A DNA stretch of 63,399 bases, filler included, from Octopus bimaculoides (lineage: Eukaryota), in NCBI RefSeq assembly GCF_001194135.2. It is 6 parts of 6 records of this genome, joined end to end, with 100 filler letters (N's around TTAATTAATTAA, not from the genome) between each part and the next. Parts side by side here need not be neighbours in the genome. Positions count along the whole stretch, not along the records: positions 23,760 to 26,148 come from NC_068981.1; positions 26,249 to 50,550 come from NC_068982.1; 4 more parts are not named here. One strand, given 5' to 3'. The notes under the pieces are model-generated. The model worked only from the letters and a program-made list of their open reading frames with translations. It was not told the DNA's origin and searched no databases. Each line of letters starts with the position of its first letter. Positions within the stretch are counted from its first letter, which is position 1. The position numbers and the translations under genes were made by a program. Positions 23,800-34,615 of the stretch are shown here, in pieces.

Positions 23800-26097
23800 T
23801 ATATATACACACACACACATATACATATTTGTGGGTGTATATGTATATGAATATATACATATATATATTCATTTATGACGTATCACTCCAAAAAATCTAT
23901 ACATATGTGTGTGTGAGGGTGTGTGTGCACGTGTTTTTGTATATACACATGTAGGTGTGTGTATGTATATATTTATATATGCATACATACTTATTCATGT
24001 ATATTCATATAAACAAAGATATACATATACCTAAATATATGTGTGTGTAGGTATATATGTTTGTAAATGTATGTATATATATATATAAATATATATATAT
24101 GTATGTATGTATCTACATATTCAATTCAGTCTTCAGTTAAATTTTGTTTGCAATTACCTATTTTATTGCACATTTTAAAGTTGTTCATATGAAAAGACAG
24201 TTTAATAACATTCACAAACGTTAGGATTTTATAGTTGCTCATATACTACGAAGACATTTTATTAGTGTTGTCAACAAATATTTTCCTATGTTTGACTTAT
24301 ATGTCTTTTTTGTTTTTTATTTTTCCAAGATTATTGAATCATGAAAATTCTTTGATCTTCTGTGAGGTATATTGCATTATGATTTGATTTAGTTATTTCA
24401 GTGGGTAGCAATATATTAACTATGAAGGTGTTACTGCCCTTACACTCTGATCCAGATATTGAAATTGATATTATTCAGTTGAATCTTCCCTTCCATGAAA
24501 ATATCATGGAATATGATTTGATAAAGTGGTGTTTTGTTCCATTTGGATCAAGTTAGGGAATTTAACAAGACAACACAAGAGCCACCACATATTATGTGCA
24601 AGAAATTGTTTAAATCTCCTCTAATATTCATTCTAGCATCTTTAAGAGAAAATATCACTCAGAGATGAACCATTTTCAGTCAAATTTCACCATAGACCTG
24701 TCCAATGAATGTTGAACTGAGGTTAAATAAAAGCCACTATCTGATAGAATACAATAACTAGCAATAATTAGCCAGCTATTGCAACCTGTTAATCACATTA
24801 AAGTGACTAGCTTTTGTTTCTTTTAGAGGTACTGGGTAAAAAGAAATTATATTTACATATTGCAGAGCTTAAATATAGTTTTTTGTTGGCATTGGTGAGA
24901 GCATGTTTTGCAGAATACAAAAAGTGAATACAAAGAACTTTGACTTCTATTCAACTGGATCCTGCCAATTATCTCTAACTTATGTGAATGTCATTTAATT
25001 TTTCAGTGAGATACAGTCTCCCTTGCAGTCTCCCTTATCTATATCTTATCTCTACTGTTGAAACCACAAGCTGTATACTTCCATCTGAAACAAAGTGTCT
25101 GCTCAATTATACAATCATCCTTACAAGTCTTCCAATTGATCAATGCTCAGACAATTTCAGCAGGAAGGAGGATATGGTTAGAAATCCTCTCTATCACTTC
25201 ATTAACTAAGAAAGATTTTCTCTTTCCTCATCAGCAAAACTACCACCATCACAACCAGCAACAATGCTACTGCTGCACTTAATTAAGTAAAGACCAACAC
25301 TGGGAAACTGACATCTAGAATGTTGTCAGGTGCCCACAACATTCTACCAGTTGTGCAATGGGAGCAGTAGAACAACATTAACTTTTTGCAGAGCACTGAT
25401 ATTGAGAAAAAGTGATGAAGTTTTTAAGAAAAATTAGGCATTTCTAGCATCAGTGGGCTGATCTGTCCAAGAAGACTTTCAGCTTTGGATCTATGGATAT
25501 ACTGCTAGCAATTCCAGGTTTGGTAGTGCTGTTTGTGGTGAAAATAGCATTGCTGGTCTGGAATAAACTCTAGAGGAACATGTGTAAATGGGTTACCATA
25601 GTTGCTTGTTTTCTTAGATTATATGCTATTTAAATATATCTGTGTTTGCTTTGTATAATCATTTATTTATTTTGTTTAGACTCCACCCTTCTTTTTATAT
25701 AATCTTATCTTATTTATTACCATGTAATTTTGTAACACCTTCATATTTTTATTGTGTAAATGAATGGCCCCTGGTGACAATATTAAAGAAACAATTATTA
25801 TTATCATGTTAAATTTTTCATAGATTTATTTTAAACTTCTCCAAATTAAGTAACAGCTGTAGAAATTTCTGTGTTTATAGAAAACAATAAGCAATAAATT
25901 TCTACACATAATATAAATCATAAATTCAAATGTTTAAGTGAGAAAGCTTATCCAATTATATTTGTACATTTATATGATATGAAATAAACTATTAAACATA
26001 TATACTCATTAATATGAAGAAAACACATTTACATATGGGTATGAGCATATATATTTTAAAATTTGTTTGCATGTGTGTATATATATATATATGCATG

Positions 26098-26130
<33 letters not shown>

Positions 26131-26148
26131 ATATATATATATATATAT

Positions 26149-26248
26149 NNNNNNNNNNNNNNNNNNNNNNNNNNNNNNNNNNNNNNNNNNNNTTAATTAA
26201 TTAANNNNNNNNNNNNNNNNNNNNNNNNNNNNNNNNNNNNNNNNNNNN
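26149..26248. other. Artificial scaffold-joining spacer
   Basis: 44 N + TTAATTAATTAA (26193-26204) + 44 N. Confidence 0.95.
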
Positions 26249-26279
26249 TGTTGGCTAGAAAAAATTTGCAGTATTCGTT

Positions 26280-26640
26280 TAAGGCGGCGAGCTGGCAAAA
26301 TCGTTAGCACGCCAGGCGAAATGCTTAGCGGTATTTCGTCTGTCTTTACGTTCTGAGTTCAAATTCCGCCGAGGTCGACTTTGCCTTTCATCCTTTCGGG
26401 GTCGATAAATTAAGTACCAGTTACGCACTGGGGTCGATGTAATCAACTTAATCCGTTCGTCTGTTCTTGTTTGTTCCCTCTATGTTTAGCCCCTTGTGGG
26501 CAATAACGAAATAGGTATTTCGTCTGTCTTCACATTCTGGGATCAAATTCTGCCGAGGTCGACTTTGCCTTTCATCCATCCTGTCGGGGTCGATAAATTA
26601 AGTACCAGCCTTGTGCCTTTAGTAGAAAGGATTATTATAG
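26280..26640 (+). mobile_element. Tandem tRNA-derived SINEs with GACTTTGCCTTTCATCCTTTCGGGGTCGATAAA core
   Basis: Head AAGGCGGCGAGCTGGCA..., GAGTTCAAATTCC B-box and a conserved core. Further copies at about 27130-27350, 28055-28270, 36955-37100, 37210-37415, 37765-37985 and 62250-62445, and a minus-strand copy at about 49285-49510. Confidence 0.8.
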
Positions 26641-27080
26641 ATGGATCCTGAGGAAACTGATGAGTCCGTTTCTTATTCGGAAGCTCCTTCCACAAGTAGG
26701 ACAAGTGGTTCTGGATGGAAGATCCGTTCATGGTCTATCTTTCCTGCACCTCCTCTTTTCTTCTTCTTCCGCAGTCCTACTGGTCACAAAAGTTGTTACT
26801 CCTTCTTTGATGACAGATCTCCAATCCTGAGCATTTCTCTCCCAGGCCTCACTGTCAATAAGACATTTCTTGAAGTTTCTTTTCAGGGCATCTTTGAATG
26901 GTTTGTCCTCCACTTCTTCGTTTTCCTTCCTTTAGCTGGAAGTAGAGAAGCTGTGTAGGCAGGTGGTTGTTATTCATCCAGACAACGTGATCAGCCCGTC
27001 TCAGCTGTTTCCAGATGATGATAGCTCCAATGGAAGCTATGTTGGCTTCTTCCAATACACTGATGTTTGTCTCATTAGTA
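26640..27080 (-). mobile_element. RTE LINE 3' coding fragment
   Basis: SIGAIIIWKQLRRADHVVWM...LPTQLLY.QLKEGKR..GG...FKDALKRNFKKC.ID..AWE..AQD..W...EG. Confidence 0.8.
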
Positions 27081-27635
27081 ATGGAGGGACGGGGCCAAAA
27101 AATTTCGCTTAATATTTTTGGTTGAAGTAAGGTGGTGAGCTGGCAGAATCCTTAGCACGCAGGGCAAAAATCTCAGCGACATTTGGTCCGTTTTTACGTT
27201 CTGAATTCAAATTCCGCCGAGGTCGACTTTGACTTTCATCCTTTCGGAGTCGATAAAATAAGTATCAATTGAGCACTGGAGTCGATATAATCAGCATAAC
27301 CCTCCCCCTAAATTGCTGGCCTTGTGCCAAAATTTGAAATCAATATTTTCGGCTGGAATTCAAGGATTTCCAGTTTTTAGAACCACTGAACTAAATAACA
27401 AGAACCTACACGAGCTGCCACTATGATCAATGCCATCACCGTTACCACAACCTCAAAAAGTAACATTAACACCCAATACTCTAACATTGTCATCATACAG
27501 CCAATATTAACAACGACGAAGGCGACGAGCTCGCAGAATCGTCAATACGCCGGGAAAAATACTTAGTGACGTTTCGTCCGTCTTTACCTTCTAGGTTCAA
27601 ATTTCGCCGATGTCGACTTTGCCTTTCATCCCTTT

Positions 27636-28020
27636 GTTGTTGTTGGCACTCCGTCGCTAACGACGTCGAGGGTTCCAGTTGATCCGATCAACGGAACAGC
27701 CTGCTCGTGAAATTAACGTGCAAGTGGCTGAGCACTCCACAGACACGTGTACCCTTAACGTAGTTTTCAGGGATATTCAGCGTGACACAGTGTGACAAGG
27801 CTGGCCCTTTGAATTACAAGCACAACAGAAACAGGAAGAAAGAGTGAGAGAAAGTTGTGGTGAAAGAGTACAGCAGGGTTCGCCACCATCCCCTGCCGGA
27901 GCCTCATGGAGCTTTAGGTGTTTTCGCTCAATAAACACTCACAACGCCCGGTCTGGGAATCGAAACCGCGATCCTATGACCGCGGGTCCGCTGCTCTAAC
28001 CACTGAGCCATTGCGCCTCC
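27636..28020 (-). mobile_element. Full-length tRNA-derived SINE with (CAA)n tail (core B + tail A), flanked by about 150-bp direct repeats
   Basis: GGAGGCGCAATGGCTCAGTGGTTAGAGC (A box)...GGTTTCGATTCC (B box)...GGAGTGCCAACAACAACAA. Flanks 27483-27635 and 28021-28172 are direct repeats. Confidence 0.9.
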
Positions 28021-28280
28021 AACATTATCATCATACAACCAATATTAACAACGATGAAGGCGACGAGCTGGCAGAATCGTCAATACGCCGGGAAAAATGC
28101 TTAGTGACATTTCGTCCGTCTTTACGTTCTAGGTTCAAATTTCGCCGATGTCAACTTTGCCTTTCATCCTTTTAGGGTCGATAAAATAAATAACAGTTGA
28201 GCACTGAAGTCGATGTAAGTGACTTGCCTCTTGCCCCGAACTCGCTGGCCTTGAGCCAAAATTTCAAACTAATATTAATA

Positions 28281-28711
28281 ACTAGCAGAAATACCCGGCT
28301 TTGCCCGGGTTAAAGAGAATAATGAAATCTAAAAACGCCGTCTAGACTACGCAACCCTCAACTGTTAGTAGCTACGATACCATATTTCTACATTAATAAC
28401 TTTCCAATCCATGCCAGCATGGAACATAGACATTAAGTGGAATGCCAGTCTCTCATCTAGGAGGGCCTTCAAATCAATGTTACCAACTGGGGACTATGTG
28501 TGTCGCAGTGATAATAAAAAGACTGAAAGGAGGTCTGCAACGAAATAATTTTACTCAACACTTTGCAAGTGAATCAGTGGAGGCAAAGATGCGTCTCATT
28601 TACTTGACAATTTATGCATCACATTGCAGAAATCACTAGTTCTCGAGTTTTAGGGATTCACACAGACAGACAGACAGACAGACACACATTCTCATTTTTA
28701 TATATATAGAT
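28281..28711 (+). mobile_element. Non-autonomous Helentron/Helitron-like element (DINE-1/Lep1-like)
   Basis: 5' ACTAGCAGAAATACCCGGCTTTGCCCGGG hairpin, a subterminal (GACA)n run, and a 3' end CATTTTTATATATATAGAT. Confidence 0.65.
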
Positions 28712-29599
28712 GACCACAATGTTTAGTTCGTGGGCCAAAGATAGGTATTCTTTCTCTGACGAAAGTCAAAGAAGATTAGAAGCACGTCAGGTTGTTCCTA
28801 TTTTATTCTGACAACGGACAGATAAAACTTGTGGCGTAATCATTTTATTAACTTTTCACAGCGAGGCAAAAATTATGTTTATTAAGAAAGGTTATACCAT
28901 ACGTTACAAATTATCCACTGAACGCCGGACTTTGACAGATTCTCACAATACTAGATCCAAATCTCTGGAAAGAAAAACATAATAGTCACGAAATAATTAT
29001 TTCCAATGAAAGGTTATTTCAACTCATTTTGGTTTGCATGTCTTCAAATTTCTCGGCTGCTATGCAGGACAGGAGTGTTTATTTTCGTTGCCGAAGTTGT
29101 TATTAGGATTGTAGTTGTTATTGTTGTTGTTTAATGTTCTTGTTTATATGCTTGGTTGTGCTCGCCTTTCCTCTTGTTATTCTGTTATTTCCTCTTTTGC
29201 GACATTATCTTCCTTTATTTTTTTTTCTATCTGTCGTCCTTTTCTCCTACCTCCCACCTTTGATATTTTTCTTAATTATTTGTATTATTCACGCACACGC
29301 TCATATATATATATATATATATAAACACACATATATATATAAATACATGTATATATACATATATGTGTGTGTATGTATATATATATGTGTGTCTGTGTGT
29401 ATATATATATACCACAGGGTGCTGAAGAATTCCTGGATTTGGGTAAAAGAAAATACAGGAGGATAAATTAATTATGATTTTATTTAACATATTCTTCTCT
29501 CGGATTCACACACTTATCGCAGTGGCCCTTCAGTTTTTCTGAGCCCTGTAAAAGAACTCTCAAGTTTGGGCCTCCAAACCTCTGGTTCAGATGTATTTG

Positions 29600-30713
29600 A
29601 AGGTTACCTTCTGCTAGCATTTTTGCTTTCATTTGTTAAAGAACTACGAGAAAATTCAGCCGACAGAATTGCACACTATGAATCAGTAGCAAAAAGGTGT
29701 ATGTAAATATATCACCTCAAATTATTCTGATGTTTTCAAACGCATTGTTACAAAGAAATTTGCAGATGGAACAAGTGATAGGGCTTCTTTGAAAGGGGCT
29801 GAAAAATTTAGGATAGAATTTCTAAATCAAATCTATGACTGCTTGATAATCCTGTTGAGTAAGAGTATGAACCCATATGAGCAGATTGCGAAAAAGTTCA
29901 AGTTTCTCTCAGAATTGATGAACAATTCAGAATTTGATGAGAACAGTATGAATCTTATAATATTGCATTACGGAGACGACATTGACCACAAATTAATAAA
30001 TGAGTGTTATCAGTTAGGAAATCCCGGAACACAGAAGAAAACACACCATCTAAAATGCAATGCACAGTTCTTCAGCTTATTTATGAGCAACAATTAATTA
30101 AAGTGTTCCCTAATATTACCACTGCGCATAAGCTGTACTTGACAATGCCTATCACGAGTTGTGAAGCAGAAAGGAGTTCCTCAAAGCTTTCCTTTGTAAA
30201 GAATAAATTTCGATCTACCATGACTGCAGAGCGCTTAAATTCCTTATGCATATTGTCTCTGAAAAATGACATTGCAAAGAAGCTGTCATGTGACAAAACT
30301 GTTGCTACAAAAAACAGAAGAGTATTTTGTAATTTTCATATGTATCTTAATGATGCATCATGCACGTATATATAACGCTTCCCTAAGATTCAATCCCTGT
30401 AACTCTAAAAGTATAAGGCATAGCCTAGAAAATATCTGAAGTGAACTACCATGGAACAACCACATCGACAAAGATATCGGTCATTACCCATACCTCGTTT
30501 CTGGTGGATAGAGGGTTCACTTTCAGACTCATTTTTAAGGACTCTACATCATAACTCCACCATTTGGGCTATCAGGGCCTGAAGCTGGAGTTCCTTGCAA
30601 GGGTACGAAAATTCTTTGTTCCTTGTTGGATGTTACCCTACTGTTGCTGGTTGTAAAGGAGGCCCCCATAACATTTTAAGCTTCAAGGACCCAATATTGT
30701 AAATCTGCCACTG
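29600..30713 (+). mobile_element. Degenerate hAT transposase 3' part (ZMYM1-like dimerization domain) with right TIR
   Basis: VFPNITTAHKLYLTMPITSCEAERSSSKLSFVKNKFRSTMTAERLNSLCILS (hAT C-terminal dimerization motif). Ends GTAAATCTGCCACTG. Confidence 0.85.
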
Positions 30714-30856
30714 ATTACTAATAGAGAGCTTGTTCAAACTGCAAGAAATAACTGTATAATTTCCCTCCAACCACAAGTTACACGATTAAGAAAAAAAAAT
30801 GAAGGAGGCATAAGATAATTCCATCCTAGATACATTTATATTTGAAAAGTAAAAGA

Positions 30857-30953
30857 CAACATGGTCGAAGTTACCGCAGTTCCAACATGGTCAAAGTTAC
30901 CGCAGTTCCAACATGGTCGAAGTTACCGCAGTTCCAACATGGTCGAAGTTACC
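30857..30953. repeat. 26-bp minisatellite x3.7
   Basis: Unit CAACATGGTCGAAGTTACCGCAGTTC, with near-perfect copies. Confidence 0.95.
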
Positions 30954-31350
30954 ACATTTGAGAGTACACAAACGTATTAAATACAAATGTATTCAACTTT
31001 GTTTTAATCATTGTTACTTAATGCACTTTTAATTGAATAAGATATAGCTTTTTAATAAATATCCTTGTCGTGAAAATTAAACTACTCTGTCAACAGAAGT
31101 GAGATGTTTTTCTTTTTTTTCTTTTTCGTCTGATGAAGATCCAACTAATTGACTCGACCTCATTTTTATTTCGACAATGGAAAAGTAAAAAGACAAAATA
31201 ACTGTGATGAAAACTATTTTACTTTTCCACTAAGATTAAAATTGTCTGTGTATTAAGAGCAGCAAAGTTATACATTACACTTCGCATTAACCGAAAATGG
31301 TGTGCACTGTATTATTAATTGAATATATATCTCTAGCATGTATAGACGAC

Positions 31351-31615
31351 GTGGAGGCGCAATGGCCCAGCGGAGGATCGCGGTTTCGATCCCAGACCAG
31401 GCATTGTGAGTGTTTATTGAGCGAAAACGCCTAAGCTCCACGAGGAGACCCCTCTTGTACTCTTTCACCCCAACTTTCTCTCACTCTTTCTTCCTGTTTC
31501 TTGAGTAACGCTGCGATGGACTGGCGTCCCGTCCAGCGAGGGGGGGTACACATACGCCATAGAAACCGGGCCCATGAGCCTGGCTAGGCTTTGAAAGGGC
31601 GACGTTTATCGTTTA
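31351..31615 (+). mobile_element. tRNA-derived SINE (core B + tail B)
   Basis: Same head and middle as 27636-28020, but the tail reads GATGGACTGGCGTCCCGTCCAG..GAAACCGGG. Confidence 0.75.
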
Positions 31616-31629
31616 TGTATAGACGACAG

Positions 31630-31729
31630 ACGTGGCTGTGTGGTAAGAAGGTTGCTTCCCTACTACATCGTTCCGGGTTCAGTCCCACTGTGTGGCACCT
31701 CGGACNNNNNNNNNNTATGTATAAAAATA

Positions 31730-31773
<44 letters not shown>

Positions 31774-31990
31774 TTTGTCTCTGTGTTTGTCCCTCACTCC
31801 CGTTTGACAACCGGTGGTGGTGGGTTTATGACCCAGTAATGTAGCGGTTCGACAAAAGAAACCGATAGAATAAGTACCAAACTTTAAAGAAATATAAGTA
31901 TTGGGGTTGATTCATTCAACTAAAGATTCTTCAAGGTGGTGCCCCAGCATGTCCGCAGTCTCAAGACTTATACAAGTAAAAGATAAAACA
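31630..31990 (+). mobile_element. CORE-type SINE with a gap at its internal microsatellite
   Basis: Copy of the 3655-4040 family. Confidence 0.8.
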
Positions 31991-32623
31991 TGAAGATTTC
32001 TCTCTATCCTTTTATCTATACGTCTATCTCACTATTTCTCTATATATCTGTTTATGTATCCATCGCCTGATATATTTTCTTTCTTTTTTGTAAGATACAA
32101 AACACTTAACAACAGCGATTAACGTGCGTGCGCGCGCCTGCTCACACGCATACACGATATATTTATATTTCGTAAACTTCAAATTGGCTGTCCATCTACC
32201 TTCCCACTCCTTCGAACAGGGAAAATTTCAGTAAGACACGTATTGTAAGGGATTTTTATTGTTTGGGCTGTTTCTCCTGTTGCTAGAGGTTGTTCTAGGA
32301 CACAGGTGGGGAAATGGATAGAGGACAGAGGGGATGCAGAAGTAAAAACAACTAAAAAAGCGATAGAGATTACTTGACCTACATTTGTAGGAGAGCGGCT
32401 TCAAGTGCAGTCGACTAGGGGCTTTTCTTTTCTTATTTGCGGGGCGGTGAGAGAGTATGACTACCCAAAACTTAATTTTTGATGTGGCATTTGGTTGCGT
32501 GGTTTTGTTGCAAAGAAGCCACAGTCGTGATATTCTGAGTTCAATCCGAATGCAAGACACGAATCTTGAGCGTCTTCCACATTCTCGGTTCAACCTGAAT
32601 TTTGAGAGTGGCAATGTGTTAAT

Positions 32624-32858
32624 CAGTGGTTCTAAACCGGGGTCCGAATAAGATTTTGTTATTAAAATTTATCTGCAATAAATTGATTTTACTTTTTACA
32701 ATGCACAAATTATTTTAACAATTTTTATGCAATTCCTAATAATATTTAATTATGAAAATAGATGATTTTTTTTAAAACATCGAATGTTTAAAAGGGTCCA
32801 TCCCAGTAAAATAGGAACCAAAGGGGTCCGTGGAAATAAAATTGTTTAAGGAACACTG
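32624..32858. mobile_element. hAT-type MITE
   Basis: CAGTGGTTCTAAACC...AAGGAACACTG termini with GGGGTCC subterminal motifs. Confidence 0.65.
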
Positions 32859-33028
32859 ATGTGGACGGAAACTATGTACAAAGCCATACGGACGGAATGG
32901 CTGGAATTCAGAGGTTCAACCTTGTCATACATGGTGTCACACTGTATATAACTTGAGAATTATACCAAGGGTCGTTTACACTACAATACCAAGCGCTTAG
33001 TGATTTACATTTCAATACCATGCTTATG

Positions 33029-33341
33029 AAGGTGCATGGCTTAGTGGCTAGGGTATTAGGTTCACGATCGTGAGTTCGATTCCCGGCGGCGCGTTGTGTC
33101 CTTGAGCAAGACACTTTATTTCATGCTGCTCCAGTCCACTCAGCCTTCAGAAATGAGTAGTATTTGTACTCCAAAGGGCCAGCCTTGTCACATTATGTCT
33201 CACGGCGAATTTCCATAAAGATTGTATTAAGGGTACGTGTGTCTGTGAAGTGCTCAGCCACTTGCACGCTAATTTCACGAGCAGGATGTTCTGTTGATCG
33301 GATCAACAGGAACACTCATCGTCGTAACCGACGGAGTGCCA
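33029..33341 (+). mobile_element. tRNA-derived SINE (core A + tail A)
   Basis: Head GGTGCATGGCTTAGTGG, core TCCTTGAGCAAGACACTTTATTTC..CTCCAGTCCACTCAGC, and the same tail as 27636-28020. Confidence 0.8.
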
Positions 33342-34434
33342 GCTTTAAATATCATGAGTGAATTTACCACAATGCCCAGTCCCTGTTATGTTGCATTGGC
33401 TTGTGTACTTCTATGACCCCTAGAGCTATGCCACAGGAGCGCAAGTTCGAAGTATGGCTTCCCATGGAGGATAGACGCCAAATTAATATGGATCATCTCT
33501 TTTCAAACGTACAAATGGGTTTGTGTATGGTCAAAGCACCTACCTTGAAAAAAGCAGCATTACAGAAACATCGATGACAATTCAAAACCAAGACCTGTAA
33601 GAGGAAGGCCTTCCTTCGAGGAAACATATGAAGCCAAATTGAAAAATCAGGGTTCACTAGATAGATACAGAAAAGACAATCCAGTGTCGAGAACATAGGA
33701 GAAAATTTGTTGATAGCCTGGGTTCTATAGGAAGTGAAAGGCTTACATAAGTGAAGTACCATGAGTGAATACGTACTTCCGTTGTCGTTGGTATTTAGTC
33801 CTAATCATTTAGTTCTAACCACAACCCTCCTTTTTATGGATGTATAAAGTATATCTCCCAGACAGTAAGGTGTGATCTGAGGGAGATTTGGTTACTTATT
33901 TTTGAAAGTCGAGAGACGCACAATATGCGCAACAATTCGACAAGTGGTTGGTCCTAAGAATTTATGCCAATGTGAACTGAACAAACTGGAAAATTAGACA
34001 TAAAATATACCACACAACGATACATGGAATATTTCATAGTGTGCAATATTTTATTGCGAGACATCTAAACGTTTCGGTGACTATTCGTCTCTTCAACCAC
34101 TGTTGAACTAACTAAACACAGTTCTTCGTTGCACTTCACGATATACAGTAGTTGTTGACATAATTTTTGGTTGTTATATAAATCGACCAGGAATGGATAA
34201 AGGAACCAAGAAGTCACTTTATACATCACCGAGAAATAATAACAGTCTTAGAAAGGTCGTGAAAGATCTCTTCACAGAGTTCTAGTAACGAAATATTAAG
34301 TCAGGACGCTTAAATACATACCAGTAGGTGTGAAACAGATAGACATACATGAATGAACCAAGACAGTAGGATTTTATTTCTATTCAAGACTTTTTGATGA
34401 GGGCCCAAATTTCAACACTTCGACTCTCATCAAA

Positions 34435-34615
34435 AGGCTTGAAAAACAAATAGACAGCTACTACACAACAATGTTAAGAATGGCTCTGAATGTTACATGG
34501 AAAGCTCATTTAACCAACGAACAGCTTTATCAAGATCTACCCAAAGTGTCTGAGAAGATTTGGCAGAGAAGGATGAGAATTATTGTGTGTCAAGCATCCA
34601 GAAGAACTTGTGTGT
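34435..34615 (+). mobile_element. RTE LINE fragment
   Basis: LEKQIDSYYTTMLRMALNVTWKAHLTNEQLYQDLPKVSEKIWQRRMR. Confidence 0.75.

Noticed and set aside
30857-30953. 26-bp repeats as a CRISPR-like array
   Set aside because: The units are head-to-tail with no unique spacers, in eukaryotic DNA; it is a simple minisatellite.
33400-33770. GC-richer stretch with short ORFs on both strands
   Set aside because: No identifiable domain and no splice pattern. It may be TE-derived but cannot be assigned.
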